DNA of 64,000 nt from Octopus vulgaris (lineage: Eukaryota). Shown here in pieces: positions 25,039 to 38,780 of the stretch. The notes under the pieces were generated by a model. It was not told the DNA's origin. It saw nothing but the letters and a program-made list of their open reading frames with translations, and ran no database searches. Location of the stretch: positions 98,518,001-98,582,000 of the forward strand of contig OX597817.1 in assembly GCA_951406725.2 (NCBI GenBank). The letters run 5' to 3'. How positions within the stretch are numbered: the stretch's first letter is position 1; each line of letters starts with the position of its first letter. The position numbers and the translations under genes are program-made.

Positions 25039-27498
25039 ACTTATAAACTTAAGAATAAAAATTACAGTGGGAAAAAATCCAATGTTAATAATGTTAATAC
25101 TAAGAAAAGCACATATATAAATAACAGAAAGAATAAATCAAGGAATATTATATAGCTACCAATATTCTTTGAAAATTCTTTGTTGCACTAGATAAGTACT
25201 TCCCACCTTCAACTAAATATGGGAAATTATTTAATCACCATAGTATAAAATGTTCATATTCAACCACTAGAAATTTAACTGAGATTATAGCAGCACATAA
25301 TATACAGAGAATTAGGGAATATCTCAACTCAAAATCTGTAAACAAGAGTAGAATCAGTAATGTGTAGAACTAGATTTCAATTCTTTAAGTAAAAGTAATT
25401 CTGACTCCTATAATATAGTTAACACCTAGTTTTAATATTAATTATAATAATAATCTTGCCTTAACACCTAATTCTGAGAGAAGACTAGAAGGAATTCTTT
25501 TAACTATGAATATCAAATACAAGTGAATAAATGCCTGTGTAATTGTAAAAACAAAATTGTCATGACGTAGAATTTCTATATCTCTAATTGTCATAACGTT
25601 GAATCCTTGTTTATTTCTTATTCTTTTGTTATCTACTAACATCAACTGAAACAATACAATTAGAGATGTGATCTTCTCTATCTGTATTTTTGTTATCTAA
25701 TATTCTGAATTTCTCAAAATTTTTCTAAAAGATATTTGGATCTACTTGTCAAACATGAGAAATTACCCTGGATGTGTATTTGACTGATTGATTGATTGAT
25801 GTAGTTAACCAAATTAATTTAAAACTGAGTGCTTTATTGATATCTGCCTAGATTTTTTGAACCCTTCTTTTCTTATGTATGTATGCATATACATACATAC
25901 GTATGTATGCATGCACACACATATGTATGTTTGTGCACTAATTGGTACAGCCAGTAAATCATTGAATGGATTGCTTTGCAATGGTTCTGGCTATTTGCAC
26001 TTTCATTTCAAATCCAATGGCAGTCAACTTTGTCAGTCATCCTTTCAGGACTTGATAAAATTCACAGGAACATTAGCCATGTTGATCTGTGTTGATCTCT
26101 TAGAGAGATTTTAGAACTAACATTTCTGTTTTACAAAATCAGCAACTATGTGTTTGCTTGAAATACATATATTGTGTGCAGAGCTGAGCTGCTACCATCT
26201 CTAACAGATTAAGTGTCCAGAACTGAGGAATGGCAGAAGTAGCCCGAAACCAGGACTGGTCTACTGGTCCTGTCAACAGAAGATGGTAGGGGTTTGTTCC
26301 CCTGCTCGCAATTTTATCAGATGTAGCTGTGCATCGTTAACCAGCTATGTAACTGCATATATATGTTGAAGCAGCACTAGCAGCTAAGAACTTACCTTAA
26401 TAAACATCACTAATCATATAAGAAGCACAACCACACACACATAACACTCTCATACAAACAAAAACTATTTTTAGAATATATCTGGGTTCATTCTATATAA
26501 AACAGCCTTAAAATTGTTAACATGAAATATGCTTAGCAATCAGAGCTTTAAAGAAAACATGAAATTTGACTGAAATTAGAAAACAGAACAGAAAACTCAT
26601 TCAATCAATAGCAACATTCATCATTATATAATATCTGTTTTTCCATGCTGGGATGGAAAGTTAAGTAGGAGTATTCTACTTGCAACTTTTGAAGAGAAAC
26701 CTTAGTTGAAAGTGACTGAACAATAATTTTATAGCTTTTGAATAAAATAGTTAACCTGATAACATTTATATTCACACTCTTTATTTGAATAGCATTTTAC
26801 ATAACATATGATAGCTTGTGAAGAAGAGATCCATTTGAAATGTTTGATTACAAAATTGTAAATAGTTTATGGATAAAACATTTATAACAAAATGTAATGG
26901 AAAATGATACCATACAAGTTAGGAAAAATATTAAGGAAAAGAAGAGGACAATTATATATTCAAGTAAAACTTCCTTATTGGATTAGATTGAAATAACATG
27001 AAAATTTGAGAGAGAGTTGGTGACTATGTTGTAAAAAGTAGCATTTACTTAGTTGCTTCAGGTATGATTTTTGGAGAAAAACACATGGACAAGTGAGAGA
27101 ACATAAATAATTTGAAACTTGTCTCCAAAAACAAAATATGTACACAAACAGTTTGAAGAGTAGACAAGATGTTTCAGAATCAAAGCAAACAAAGACATAC
27201 ATAAATCTGTATACAAGTTTCTCAAAGAAGTTTATCCAGGAACCTGCAGTAGTCTCTGAAGAAATATCCCAAGCAACAAAGAATTCTAATGAAAAGCATG
27301 GGGTTTGTTGTTTTTCAAATTTTAGCTCATAATGAGATGAGTAGAAATAACATCAATAGAAATGATTAAGCAGAAGAAGGTAATTAAAAAAAATTTTCAA
27401 ACAACAAATTTCATTGGTTTTACATTATATTTTCTTGCTGCAGTAACTTTTGAAGTATTTTTTTGAGATATTTAGTAATTAATACCAATAAGCAGCAC

Positions 27499-27597
27499 TT
27501 AATAGCTCACTGCCATCTGTCTGCAGTATTTCAGTTGCCATATTTTACCAGCATATTGATCAAACTTCTCTTCTCCAAGTAATTCTTCTAAGCGGGG
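27499..27597 (-). CDS. NEK4: NEK4-like kinase, terminal coding exon
   Basis: Acceptor tttttttccag, then PRLEELLGEEKFDQYAGKIWQLKYCRQMAVSY*. This resembles the NEK4 C-terminus as I recall it (RL..HMGEKY..Y..K..QLKF). Confidence 0.8.
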   Translation of the reverse strand, partial: PRLEELLGEEKFDQYAGKIWQLKYCRQMAVSY

Positions 27598-28422
27598 CTG
27601 GAAAAAAATAAAATAGCGACTAGAGTTATTGAAATGAACTGTATCTGAACAAAATAGAATGGCAGAAGTAAGTCAAAAAATGAATAAACATTAGAAACTA
27701 TTCATAAAATAAACTAATAAGTATGTCTCTACAATAATCAAGTTACCAATAAAAGAGTGAATACTTACTACTACTCCAAACCCTTAATAGCAACAACTGC
27801 CATTGCCACCGCTTCTCTCACCATCACCATCACATTACATGCTAGCAACAGCTGCCATTGCCACCACTTCTCTCACCATCACATTACATGCTAGCATGGG
27901 TTGGATTGGTTGTTGCTGTTTCTCCTGGAGTCAGATGACTACTTCTTGTACGTAAGTTTCATTTTGGGGCTTGACTTGTACAATTAAATGCCTTTTCTAA
28001 CACCATAAAAGTGTATTTTACAGAGTGTACTGAGTGCATTTTATGATATCAGCAATAGAGGGGCTATCATATTTTTAACAAGAATGAAGAGTCCTCTCAA
28101 ACTCCACAGGTGTACTGTTTATTAATATGATTAAAGTAAGAATAATTAAGATAGCAGGCATTTTTTATTAATGTGATCTCTGTTGCTGATAAAACAGGTC
28201 ATAAAACTCTTTACTGCATTACTTCCATTTAGTTACTACTTTTGGTGAAAAAGCAAAAAAAAAATAATAAATCATCTTCATTCTACACACTGGATTGTAA
28301 CTATATTTCACACAAGTGTTGCTTTACAAAAATCTTTATACAATCTCTAATTTGTTCCTTGGTTCAATTTGGCACACAGATGTTTATTGAGATAGTTGCA
28401 TTGGGTTGCTTATTTTGGTATC

Positions 28423-28467
<45 letters not shown>

Positions 28468-28489
28468 CTCTCAAGGGAATTCCTGTGCA

Positions 28490-29000
28490 ACCATATGGAA
28501 ATCATGAGATGTTCAATAGTCCTGTTATCATTTGCTTCACAGTTAGGTATCCCAATTGAATCATGTCACAATAGATTAACCACTTTTGATGGTCTGGATC
28601 TAAAGGTTGCTGGATCAATTCAAGTGACATTTAAACTCAACAACACCGATGAGTCCTGTGAATTTATTGTGGTAGACAGCCCATTCTCTTTTGGGCTGAT
28701 TGAAAAAGATGGATCTCTTCATATGTGTGTTGATTACAAGGCTTATTTAAATGCACATATTGATACCCATTTTTTTCCCATACCATCAATTGACAATCTT
28801 CTCTGGTATGTCAGGTGGAAAATTTTTCTCTACTCACGATTTAAAGCATGCACATAGCAAATAGCTATAGTGGAGGGAGCAAGGTGGATTTGCACTATTA
28901 ATACAATCAATGGTCTCTACCTGGTTAATAGACTTCAAATGGGCCTTAAGAATTTGAGTGGCTGTTTCAGAACTGCATGGAAACTCTACTAAAAGGGATC
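28490..29000 (+). mobile_element. Decayed Ty3/Gypsy pol fragment
   Basis: EKDGSLHMCVDYK..LN..FPIPSIDNL, then TINTINGLYLVNRLQMGLKN. Confidence 0.7.
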
Positions 29001-29564
29001 AATTTAATTCATTTTGTCATAAATATCAGCCTCATCTCCATGAATAAAGCTAATGCTTTTTTTACTAATTGATCATTATGATTTATAAGTAAAAATTTAA
29101 AATTCAATAACAATGTTGTACAGCTGGAAAAAGAGTTTCAAGCATGACAACCATTGAACTTTTGACAACCATTGAACTTTAATGCAGAGAAATTTTTCAA
29201 ATGAAATTACAAAGCTTTATTCAAATCTATGTAGATTGTGTTAAAAAAAAAATCTTCAAAGAAATGCTTTTCAGTAAATAGTGGAAAACAAAAGGACAAA
29301 TAATTTTCAACTATTAAAGACTGAGAAAATATTGCAAAACTTGCTACAGGACATCAACAATGAAAATTACATTAATAAATAAACTTTGCTATCTTAATGA
29401 TTCTTATTTTAGTCATGTTAATAAACAATAATATCAATAATAACAGGAATGCCATTGTGTTCACTCTGTATTTGTACTTGATGAAGTGCTATCAAAATTA
29501 TGTGGTTGAATAAATGTTTCCATTGCTGTATTTCACTAGGGAAGTACTCAACCCAGAGTATCAT

Positions 29565-32480
29565 CATAATCATTATCATCATTGTTTAATGTCTGTTTTC
29601 CATGCTGGCATGGGCTGGATGGTTTGACATGGAGTTGGTCAGCTGGGGAGTTATCCAGAATCCAATTGTCTGTTGTGGCCTGGTTTCTATGGCTGAATGC
29701 CAACTACTTTACAGAGTGTGCTTAGAGCTTTTTACATTCCACCAACATAAGTGTGTTTGTAGAGCACCAGCACAAGTACATTCTATGTGGTACTGGCACC
29801 TGCAAAGGACAAGCCTGAATGTATGGATGACAGTGATTTTACTAAGCTTGACGCATTTTCTCAAGTATAGCAAATCACCACAACTCTTGATCCCTTGTCA
29901 TTTCCTCAGTAAGGCCCAGCATCCGAAGATCCTTTCCCACTATTTCATCTCATGTCTTCCAGGATCTACCTCTTCCATATGTTTCCTCCTCAATTAGAGC
30001 TTGGCACTTTTTTATGTAGCTGTCCTCATCCATATGCATCACATGACCAAACTAGTGCAGTCTTCTCTCTTGTATATAACATCTGATGCTGCTTATTCCC
30101 AATTTTCTTCTTAAATCATTTACATTCTGTTGTGCATGCACACTGACATTACCCATCCAGTGGAGCATACTAGCTTCATTTCTTTGCAAGTCCTCTGTAG
30201 TCAAAGCTCATGTTTCACTGCCATGTAAAATGGCTGTATGGACACAGGCATCATACAATCTGCCTTTCACTCTGAGGGAGAGGCCCTTAGTTATCAACAA
30301 AAAGTTGAAGTTCTCTGAATTTTGCCCAGCCCGTTCTTATTCTAGCAATTACACTTTCAGAACTTCCTCTTCTACTGCTTACTTGGTCTCCTAGGTAACA
30401 AAAGCTATCAACTACTTCTAATAATCCACCCAAGCATTTGAGGGAGTGTATTGTCTGTGCATTTTTAGTGCTTATTGTTTCCACACATTTGCCACATACA
30501 AAGACGACATTCTCTGTTAATCTTCCTGTGATACCGCTACACCTCATTTGTCCAAAGCTTGCACTGGGTACAACGTGAGGAGTTTTTATCCACACCATTC
30601 TTACATGTCAAGCAGGGCCATCTCCCTGAAGGGACTCGTGATATGTCTGTTTTCCTACTTACTAGGACTTTGAGTTTTAGCTAAATTAACTCTAAGGCCC
30701 TTAGATTTCAGGTCTTGCCTCCACACCTGAAATTTCTTCTCTAGTTCAGGTAGTGATTCAGCTATAAGAACAAGGTCATCAGCATAGAGGAGACCTCAGG
30801 GGAAGCCAGTCTTGAATTCATCTGTTAAGGCCTGGAGGACTAAGATAAACAAGCGGGAGCTAACAACTGAACCTTGGTGAATTCCTACTTGTACACTGAA
30901 TTCATTGTTATACTTGTTGCCAACCTTCACCTTACTGGCAGCATCCCTGTACTTGGCTTGTACAGCTCTCACTAACCACTCATCTATCCCTAACTTCCAC
31001 ATCGACCACCAGGTAAGGGAACAGGGGACCCTGTCAAAAACTTTCTCCACATCAACAAAAGTCAAATAGAGAGGTTTATTTTTGGCTAAATACTTCTCCA
31101 GTAGTTGCCTAACCAGGAATATAGCATCAGCTGTACTCCTACCTGGTCCAAATCCAAACTGCATCTCATCTACATTCACTCTCTTCATATTCAATTGAGC
31201 TATTATCCTTTCAGTAACTTTCATTACTGGGTCCAGCAATTTCATGCTTCTGTAATTATTTCTGTCTAAGGCGTCATCTTTGCTTTTGTAACAGCTGACT
31301 ATAATGCTGCTACATCAATTGTTGGGTATGACTCCCTCATGGACAACTGGATTAACTATACAGGTGAGTAGGTCATATTCTACTCCGTGAGATATTTTAT
31401 GCATTTCAGTGGTGATTCCCGATGGGCCAGGGACTTTCCCTGTCTTTATATCCTTAACTGCTTTATCTACTAAGTTATTGTTGATTTGGATAGCTAGTCC
31501 CTCAGTTGGGTCTACATTTGGCAGACCCTTCTTCCCCCATGTATGCTTTACATTTAGCAGCATTTCATAATGGCATTTTCAAGCTTCTTCCTTTGCAGAA
31601 TCATTAAATGCAAGTGAACTATCATCCATGCGGCCACATTTTTCTCCTATAACATGATTTTTTCTTATACACTGTCTTGCAATCTGAAGCACTTCAAGTC
31701 TCTGGTCCTCATGCCACAGAACATTGGCAAACCTCTCTTCTGCTTCTTTCCTGGCTAAATATACCTGTCTCCTATCCTCCCTTCTGGCTATCTGATACAG
31801 TTCCCTACTACCATCACACTTCCACTCCTTCCAGACCTGTTTCTTTTTACTAATGGCCCTGTCAACAACACTATTTCACCACCATATCACTTTAGGTTGA
31901 GAAGGGACTTTGCATCAGCTACAAATTTAGTCAGTGTCCCTCAATAGGTTGTTTTGTAGGAACCCAGTTGTCCTCCATGTTATATGTCACTATATCTTCC
32001 TCTTTTTTGTAAAATGCTTCAAGTAACATGTCTCTAAATCTCTGGCCAATCAGAGAATCCTTAAGCTTCCAGACTGTTCTTTTTCACACTGATTATCTTC
32101 TCAGTAGTCTTTTAGCCCTGTTTCTGAGGTTACTAATGACTAACCTATGTTGAGGGGCGCATTCTTCACCTGGGAAAGTTTTGGTATTTATAAGCAGCCA
32201 TCCTTCCCGTTTTCTGGTGAGAATGTAGTCAATCTACCTAGCGTGCTCACTAGATTGAAAGGTGAACAGGTGATTTGCAGATTTCCTGAAGTTTGTATTG
32301 CAGATCATAAGGTCATTTGCATCACAAGTCTTCAGCAGCCTGGTTCTCTCCTCATTATGGGAACCAAATCTGTTACCACCATGCACACCATGGAAGTTAC
32401 CTGTATGTTGCCCATTGAATCATCCCAATGAGAAGGTCACTATCATTTGTCAATGAGGTAGCCTGCAAAAGGGTGTCATA
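29565..32480 (-). mobile_element. Older RTE-clade LINE copy
   Basis: QFGFGPGRSTADAIFLVRQL, FVDVEKVFD, GIHQGS, YADD and an APE remnant near 32150-32450; degenerate (ATC)n tail. Confidence 0.88.
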
Positions 32481-32636
32481 ATATACTCATATAAAAGAAA
32501 CACAGTTTCTTTTATGATAAACAAAATAATATAACTATTTTACTGAAGCCTGAGACAGGTTGTGTATTACCAAAAACTTGTCATTGCATCAACTAAAGGA
32601 AAGTTTAAAATATCAAAATTAATATGTGAAACTGAC

Positions 32637-32718
32637 CTTAATATCTTCTTCTTCAAATTTATCAAGTATATCAATAGCTTGTTGAAGAATCTGTTTTCCA
32701 ACTCCACTTTCGCAATTC
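32637..32718 (-). CDS. NEK4: NEK4-like kinase, penultimate coding exon
   Basis: Acceptor ttttcttatttctccag and donor gtcagt. The 82 nt give (K)NCESGVGKQILQQAIDILDKFEEEDIK, and phases fit both neighbours. Confidence 0.82.
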
Positions 32719-32810
32719 CTGGAGAAATAAGAAAAATGAAAATAAAATAAGATTAAATTTTTTAAATTATCAGCCTCATCTTTAAAGATAAAACATATTT
32801 TTATACTTAC

Positions 32811-33198
32811 ACTAGCAGTATCGCCCGGCGTTGCTCAGGTTTGTAAGGGAAATAACTATAAAGCATTTTTAGAGAGTTATAGCCAAAAAATAGCAAAAAA
32901 ATGGAAAAAAATGATGGTAAATTTTTTTTTGAGAGTAAAAAAAGGTGGAGCTGCGTCCCCTAGACAGTTTGCAGTTTGTGTTTCTGATTCTCGACCCCAT
33001 GTCGAATTTATCGATTTTTTTCAGAACTGGGGGAACTTTTCAAAATTTTCGCTGCGTTAGTTTTGAATTATGACATTGGGCTATGTGTGTGTCAAGTTTC
33101 ATCAGAATCGGTTGAAAGCCATGGTCAGGGTGAGGGTACAAGCAAACAGACACACAGAAACACGCACAGACAAACTGCCGTTTATATATAGAGAGAGA
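32811..33198 (+). mobile_element. Non-autonomous Helitron/Helentron-like (Lep1/DINE-type) element
   Basis: 5' actagc..gcccggcgttgctcagg hairpin, 3' caagtttcatcagaatcgg, (acag)-type repeats and tttatatatag end. Confidence 0.6.
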
Positions 33199-33980
33199 TA
33201 TATATCATGTTTTCATTGGTTTGACTGCCAATCATCATAATACCAAACTAGAAATTTATATTCCTAAACTAAGGGCATAGGTTTGGTTGTGTGATTTTAA
33301 AATTCATTTTGCAATGTGGTTCTGAGCCTAACCCTACTGCATGGAACTCTTTTGTCTTCTACTATCTACTACAGCCTTGAGTCAACTAATGCCTTATGGA
33401 TGGAATTTAGTATATGTATGTATGTGTATATGTCTGTATTTGGTATATGTATGTCTGTATGTATCTAATATAACTGTTAATAAGGGCTATTTTTATTACT
33501 GTTATGACTTTCTCATAAAAGATGTAGCATTTTCTAATATTTATATCTACAATGCACAGTGTAGTTATAAATATTGATTTGTAACACAGGCAACAAATTT
33601 TCAAGGAATAGTACAGTTGATCATATGGAGGATGAAAAGAAAAGATCATCTCAGCAGGAATCAATGTCAGAAAGTAAAAGGACATAACATAATACAAATT
33701 TCTAACATAGGCTAGGCCACCCATTTCTTGGAAGCTGATTTAATCAATGCAGTAAATGGTAGATAATTATCTTATTGACCTTAGAACAATTAAATGCAAA
33801 GTTGAGTCCAGCAGAATTTGAACTCAGAATGTAAATGAAATACAAGAGAGAGCATCTGAGTCTCTATTAATTTAGTTGTATACTGTACTTTACAACACAT
33901 AGGTGTTGTACTCTATGACTTTTACACTCAACATATTTTTAAGAATAAGCAACAAATAGAAGGGTTATTACAAAACTTAC

Positions 33981-34038
33981 TTTTCTAGAATATTAATTCT
34001 GTCTGAAAGACGTTTTGTCTGCACCAAAGTTTCAGCAC
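33981..34038 (-). CDS. NEK4: NEK4-like kinase, third-last coding exon
   Basis: Acceptor ttctcaatttgcag and donor gtaagt. The 58 nt give xAETLVQTKRLSDRINILE(K) and splice in frame to 32718. Confidence 0.8.
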
Positions 34039-35631
34039 CTGCAAATTGAGAAAAGGCTTCAGGTAGGAATAATAAAACATTACATATTTTGTGATTCATA
34101 GTCCATTCTTCTAGTTATATTTGTTTATTGTTCTCTAAATTAATCTCTTTGGAGGCGGAAGTGTTACTTTTCTCATCTAATATGATAAAGGAAAATGGTA
34201 GGTTCTATGTAGTATAATCATTAACATGATCACCCAGAAAGTGATTCATGCTCAGCAAAGGTCTATCCCAATCTTAAAAGTCAATTTATAATTATTCACA
34301 TTTTTAAAGTTAATTTTTGTTATAAACACCAAATTTGAAAGCAATATAACACCACATTAGCTAACTTATCTACTGAAGGTTAAGTGAACTACAAGCTATC
34401 AGTAAAAAAAAAAACAAAAGGCAGAATTGTTAGCTTATACCATAAAAATATTTACAGCATAACAAATATATATAGTCAATTCAAATAAATAGGCAATTAA
34501 AAAACAGAGAAAAAAGCAAAATATTGAACATGACAATGTTCACAAGAAATATATTGACACTCGGCGAAGGGAGAGAGTTGTTGTCAACATTTCAAGTATA
34601 GCTCTTTATCAGAAACAGGAAAGTCCAAAGAGAAAGAAAGAAAAATGAGCAAAAACCACCAACATTCAATGTACGGTTACATTTATATATATATATATAT
34701 AGGATAGTGGTACAACAATGCACCAATATTTACTGGAAATAGCAATCGATAATATACGACACTACAGTAAAGCTTCACTGTATATATATATACTGGCAAA
34801 GATGTTGGGGAGGTGGGGGGTGAACATAAAAAATTTCATCTTACCTGTAGGAAGAACACTAAATAAATGTACAACCCAGATGTGGATAATCTAGCACCTA
34901 GGTTTTGAACTTTCCAAATTACATTTGATTAGTTCTGTTCAGCTAGATTCACCTAGACAAAATTTCAAATGTTGCTACATCAATGCCAGTATTACTCGTC
35001 TGAACGCTTAGCCGTTAACAGACCAAGAATAGTGAAAAAGTTTTCAAAGAAAAAATTAAATAGTGCAAAACAGTAGTATTGCTTCCTAGTAAAACAAAGC
35101 ACATGATTAGGACATGCCCTCTACTCAGCATAAACATCACAGCTACAAAGATATCTTAATAACTAACAATATAACATAGAACTGAATCACCCTAAAATAA
35201 AATACATTACAAGAACTATACTTGAAAGTAAGCTTATTAAGTACCTATCAACTACAATACACAAATAAACCTGCCAAAACAGTAACATAAACTTTGACTT
35301 CAGCCAGCAACTGGTGTAAAACTGAAGTCAAACACACAAGCTTACAAACAGATCAGATTTCAGATTCAAAACAACTTCCCTTTACTCCACCCTGAACCCT
35401 AACAAACAAACAACTAACTGTATTTGGTTCACTTCAAGCCTAGCTGGTTGAAAGACCCTGAATGAATCCGCACAGAAAATTATGCCCAGTTGCATATGTA
35501 ACTGCCCATACTCTGTGCAGTGGAAATATGTGTAGGTTATCATAACCATAAAAATATGCTGTATGAAATAGTAAATAAATTTTGGGGATGTGCCAGTCTC
35601 CATATTCTCTATTGTTATAATTATTGCTAAT

Positions 35632-35668
<37 letters not shown>

Positions 35669-36379
35669 GTTTACTGTTCTGTTATGGTAAGATTAACAAA
35701 AAAGTACTTCATTTAGTGAGAGATATCATTCAATGTACACTGTATTAAAATAAGAGCTACTAATAGTTTCTTGCCATTGAGACACATGATTAGGCAGATT
35801 TTTATAACATGTTTTGTGTCTCCAATCAATCTTTAGGTTCTGGGCACATGGTTTGTCCTTTTTGAAAATCAGGACACTGGTACATATGAGAAACCACAAG
35901 AAAAAAAACAAGGTTTATGCAAAAAGTGCAATAAAACAAAGGGAGAAGACAAGAAAATTAAAGTTGTCTCCTTTGACTGTAGAAATCATACTTAAACAAG
36001 CTGATGTACACTAATTCAGTGGAGAGGAGTCCAAAGTCAGCAAGACTGCTACTCAATTTGAAGAGGGTGATGTCCTCCGTTCACCAAAAGAAATTTGTCC
36101 ATATGCTTGCATTTGCTGAAAATTTCAGATCTGGAATTAAGTAGTGTGGTGGAATTCTTGGATCAAAAAAGAATGTACAATCTTTCAGCTTTGCCTAAGT
36201 TGGAGAAATAAGTTGGCATAGATTTCTCCATGATTCTCCACTTGATTGTATGTGGTGTGCTGTAGATCTTCAAACCCATATGCCTTATTAAATATCTAAT
36301 CTCTCTTCAAAGGAAATATTTGATAAGGCAGCCCCTTCAAAGATAAGATATATTACAACCCTTCAATTAAAAATATGAA

Positions 36380-38380
36380 ACTTAAAATAGACCTAGGAAA
36401 TTAATATCATTTGCCTCCCTCCTCTCTCTAAACATTAAAACTAATGTAGGCAAGAAATTCCTGGCTCTTTTAGGTAAGCATTTCCCAGGAAGATTTTTAA
36501 TAGGCATTTGATAAAAATATCATACATGAAGAACATTGCCATTTGCATGCCTCACCAAGATTCCACTCCCAGTTGTATCTGTCAAGACCCTGAAGCTTGC
36601 CCACCTGACCAGATATGGATGATAAGCCCCATACTTATGAAATAAAAGTCACAGCAATACTTCAAGATAACATAATTGAAAAGAAAAATTACATCAGTTT
36701 ATGTGAAGGCAATTTTAAAAGACATTATGCAAACTGCCAGTCTTCTTTCTTCTTTCTTTATTGCCCAGAAGGGGCTAAACATAGAGGGGACAAACATGGA
36801 CAGACAGAGGGTTTAAGTCGATTATATCAACCCCAGTGTGTAAATGGTACTTAATTTATTGACCCCGAAAGGATGAAAGGCAAAGTCGACCTCGGCAGAA
36901 TTTGAACTCAGAATGTAATGGCAGATGAAATACCACTAAGCCTGACGTGCTAACATTTCTGCCAGCTCGCTGCCTTTTGTAGATATGCCAGTCTTCTTTC
37001 TGGCACATCTACAAAAGTAAAGTCACTAAGTTGGCTAGCTATATATGGGGTTTGAAGACAAACTACACACCCCATATTGTTTGATACTGTTGATTTTTAA
37101 TATCTAGGCCTTTGCTTCTAAAATCATTAGGTTTCACCAAGCTTAGAAATAGATATTATCCTGCATGCAAGGAAATCCCTCTTTTTTTACAGTGATTCCA
37201 CTTGGGTCAAAAAGAGTGAGGATTCTCTATTTGATGTACTGACGGGGACATATGATGGGGGTGGAGTTGTGTATGCTTATATTTTGGAACTTATATTTTG
37301 CATAACCTGCATCTAGAATTCCCTTTTATAGATGCAGGATTATACAGGGTTGAAGGTCTTAGAGTCACCCATAATTTAAATGGCCATGAGTTGCATAAAC
37401 TTATGAAGAATCTGATTACTTTCTTCCAAAGAATGGGCTTATGGATTGTGATAGAAAGTAACCATAATAATGTGGATTCTTTTAGATATAAACTTAGATT
37501 TGCAAATAGATAAATTTAAACCCTATTGCAAATCCAATAAAAAGCTATGTTATATTAGCAAAGAATCAAATCATCCACCCATAATTCTTAAGAACCTAGT
37601 TAGTGATATAGGAAGGTGCATATCATCAATAAAAAAGATGAGACAGCAATTAAAAATGCTGTGCCGTATTATAATAATGCATTAAGGAAAAGCAGATTTT
37701 CGGAGAAAATCCAGTATAGTCAAGCTAATTCTAACAATAATAGACAACATAGAACTAGAACTAGGAAAGTTTTGTGGTTTAATGCAGCACTTAATATTGC
37801 CATAAAAACTAAAATAGGTAAGGAATTCTTAAAATTAGTTTCTAAACATTTTCAATCTATCCATAAGTTCTATAGAATTTTTAGTAGAATACTGAAGATT
37901 AGCTATTCTTGTTGCAAAAACTACCTCTTTTATTAATCAACATAACACAAAAATTATTACAAAAATAACACAGTGCTGAATATAATCTGAGGAACTGCAA
38001 TTGCAAAGATAAGACTTGCTTCTCATTAGAAGGTAAATGTCTTGAAAAAGGAACTGTTTACAGAGCTGAAGTACAAATAGATGGCTCACAAGAATATAAA
38101 ACTTACACAGGGGCTTTGGAAAATTCCTTCAAGATTTGGTTTTATTCCCGCCAAAATTCTTTCCGATACCCCGAGAATAGGACAGCAACAAGTCTTGCAA
38201 TTGCAAGAGAATAACACCCACCTTTTCAATATCAGCTGGACAATTTTGGAAACAAAAGCCCCATCACACAAACATTGAGCGACATGATCTTTGTCTCTCA
38301 GAAAAGTTCTTCATCCTGTTCCAGGATAAACATGCAGGCTCTTAAATATCTGCAGGCATGCTGCAAGAGTTAAAATGTCA
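36380..38380 (+). mobile_element. Decayed Penelope-like element(s), Nematis-like
   Basis: FDVLTGTYDG, GLYR, YISKESNHPP, RKVLWFN..KTKIGKEFLKLVSKHF, CNC..C..GKC..VYRAEV..YTG. A partial endonuclease-region copy lies upstream at 36380-37080. Confidence 0.78.
36751..36985 (-). mobile_element. tRNA-derived SINE with Meta-like central domain, 16-bp TSD
   Basis: B box gagttcaaattc and gactttgcctttcatcctttcggggtc on the minus strand. TSD tgccagtcttctttct at 36735-36750 and 36986-37001. Confidence 0.85.
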
Positions 38381-38745
38381 ACTGAAAAAATACCATATGG
38401 GTAAAATTTTTGACTTTCACATTTGAATTTGGCGTTATACCTTATATATAGTTATTTTCGTATTACAATGCTACTACATAATTCGACATCACATTTTATA
38501 TTTTACATCTGGCTTTTAAGAAAGCCTTCAACTGTTTCACAAATTTAAACTGAAGTTTCACTGAGGTTTATTTTTTACTCATTTTTACTCTTTTTTATAA
38601 ATTCAAATTTTTTATTTTAGATTTATGTATTTTATATTACATTTAATTATTTTATATTAATTTATTGTATGATTTCCTTATTTTAATATTCTATATATCT
38701 GACAGTTTTTTATATGTTTGTATGTGTATATACGTTATGGTGTGA

Positions 38746-38780
<35 letters not shown>

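Noticed and set aside
22900-26410. Additional minus-strand donor-like sites (~22905, ~26393)
   Set aside because: No adjacent credible coding exon.
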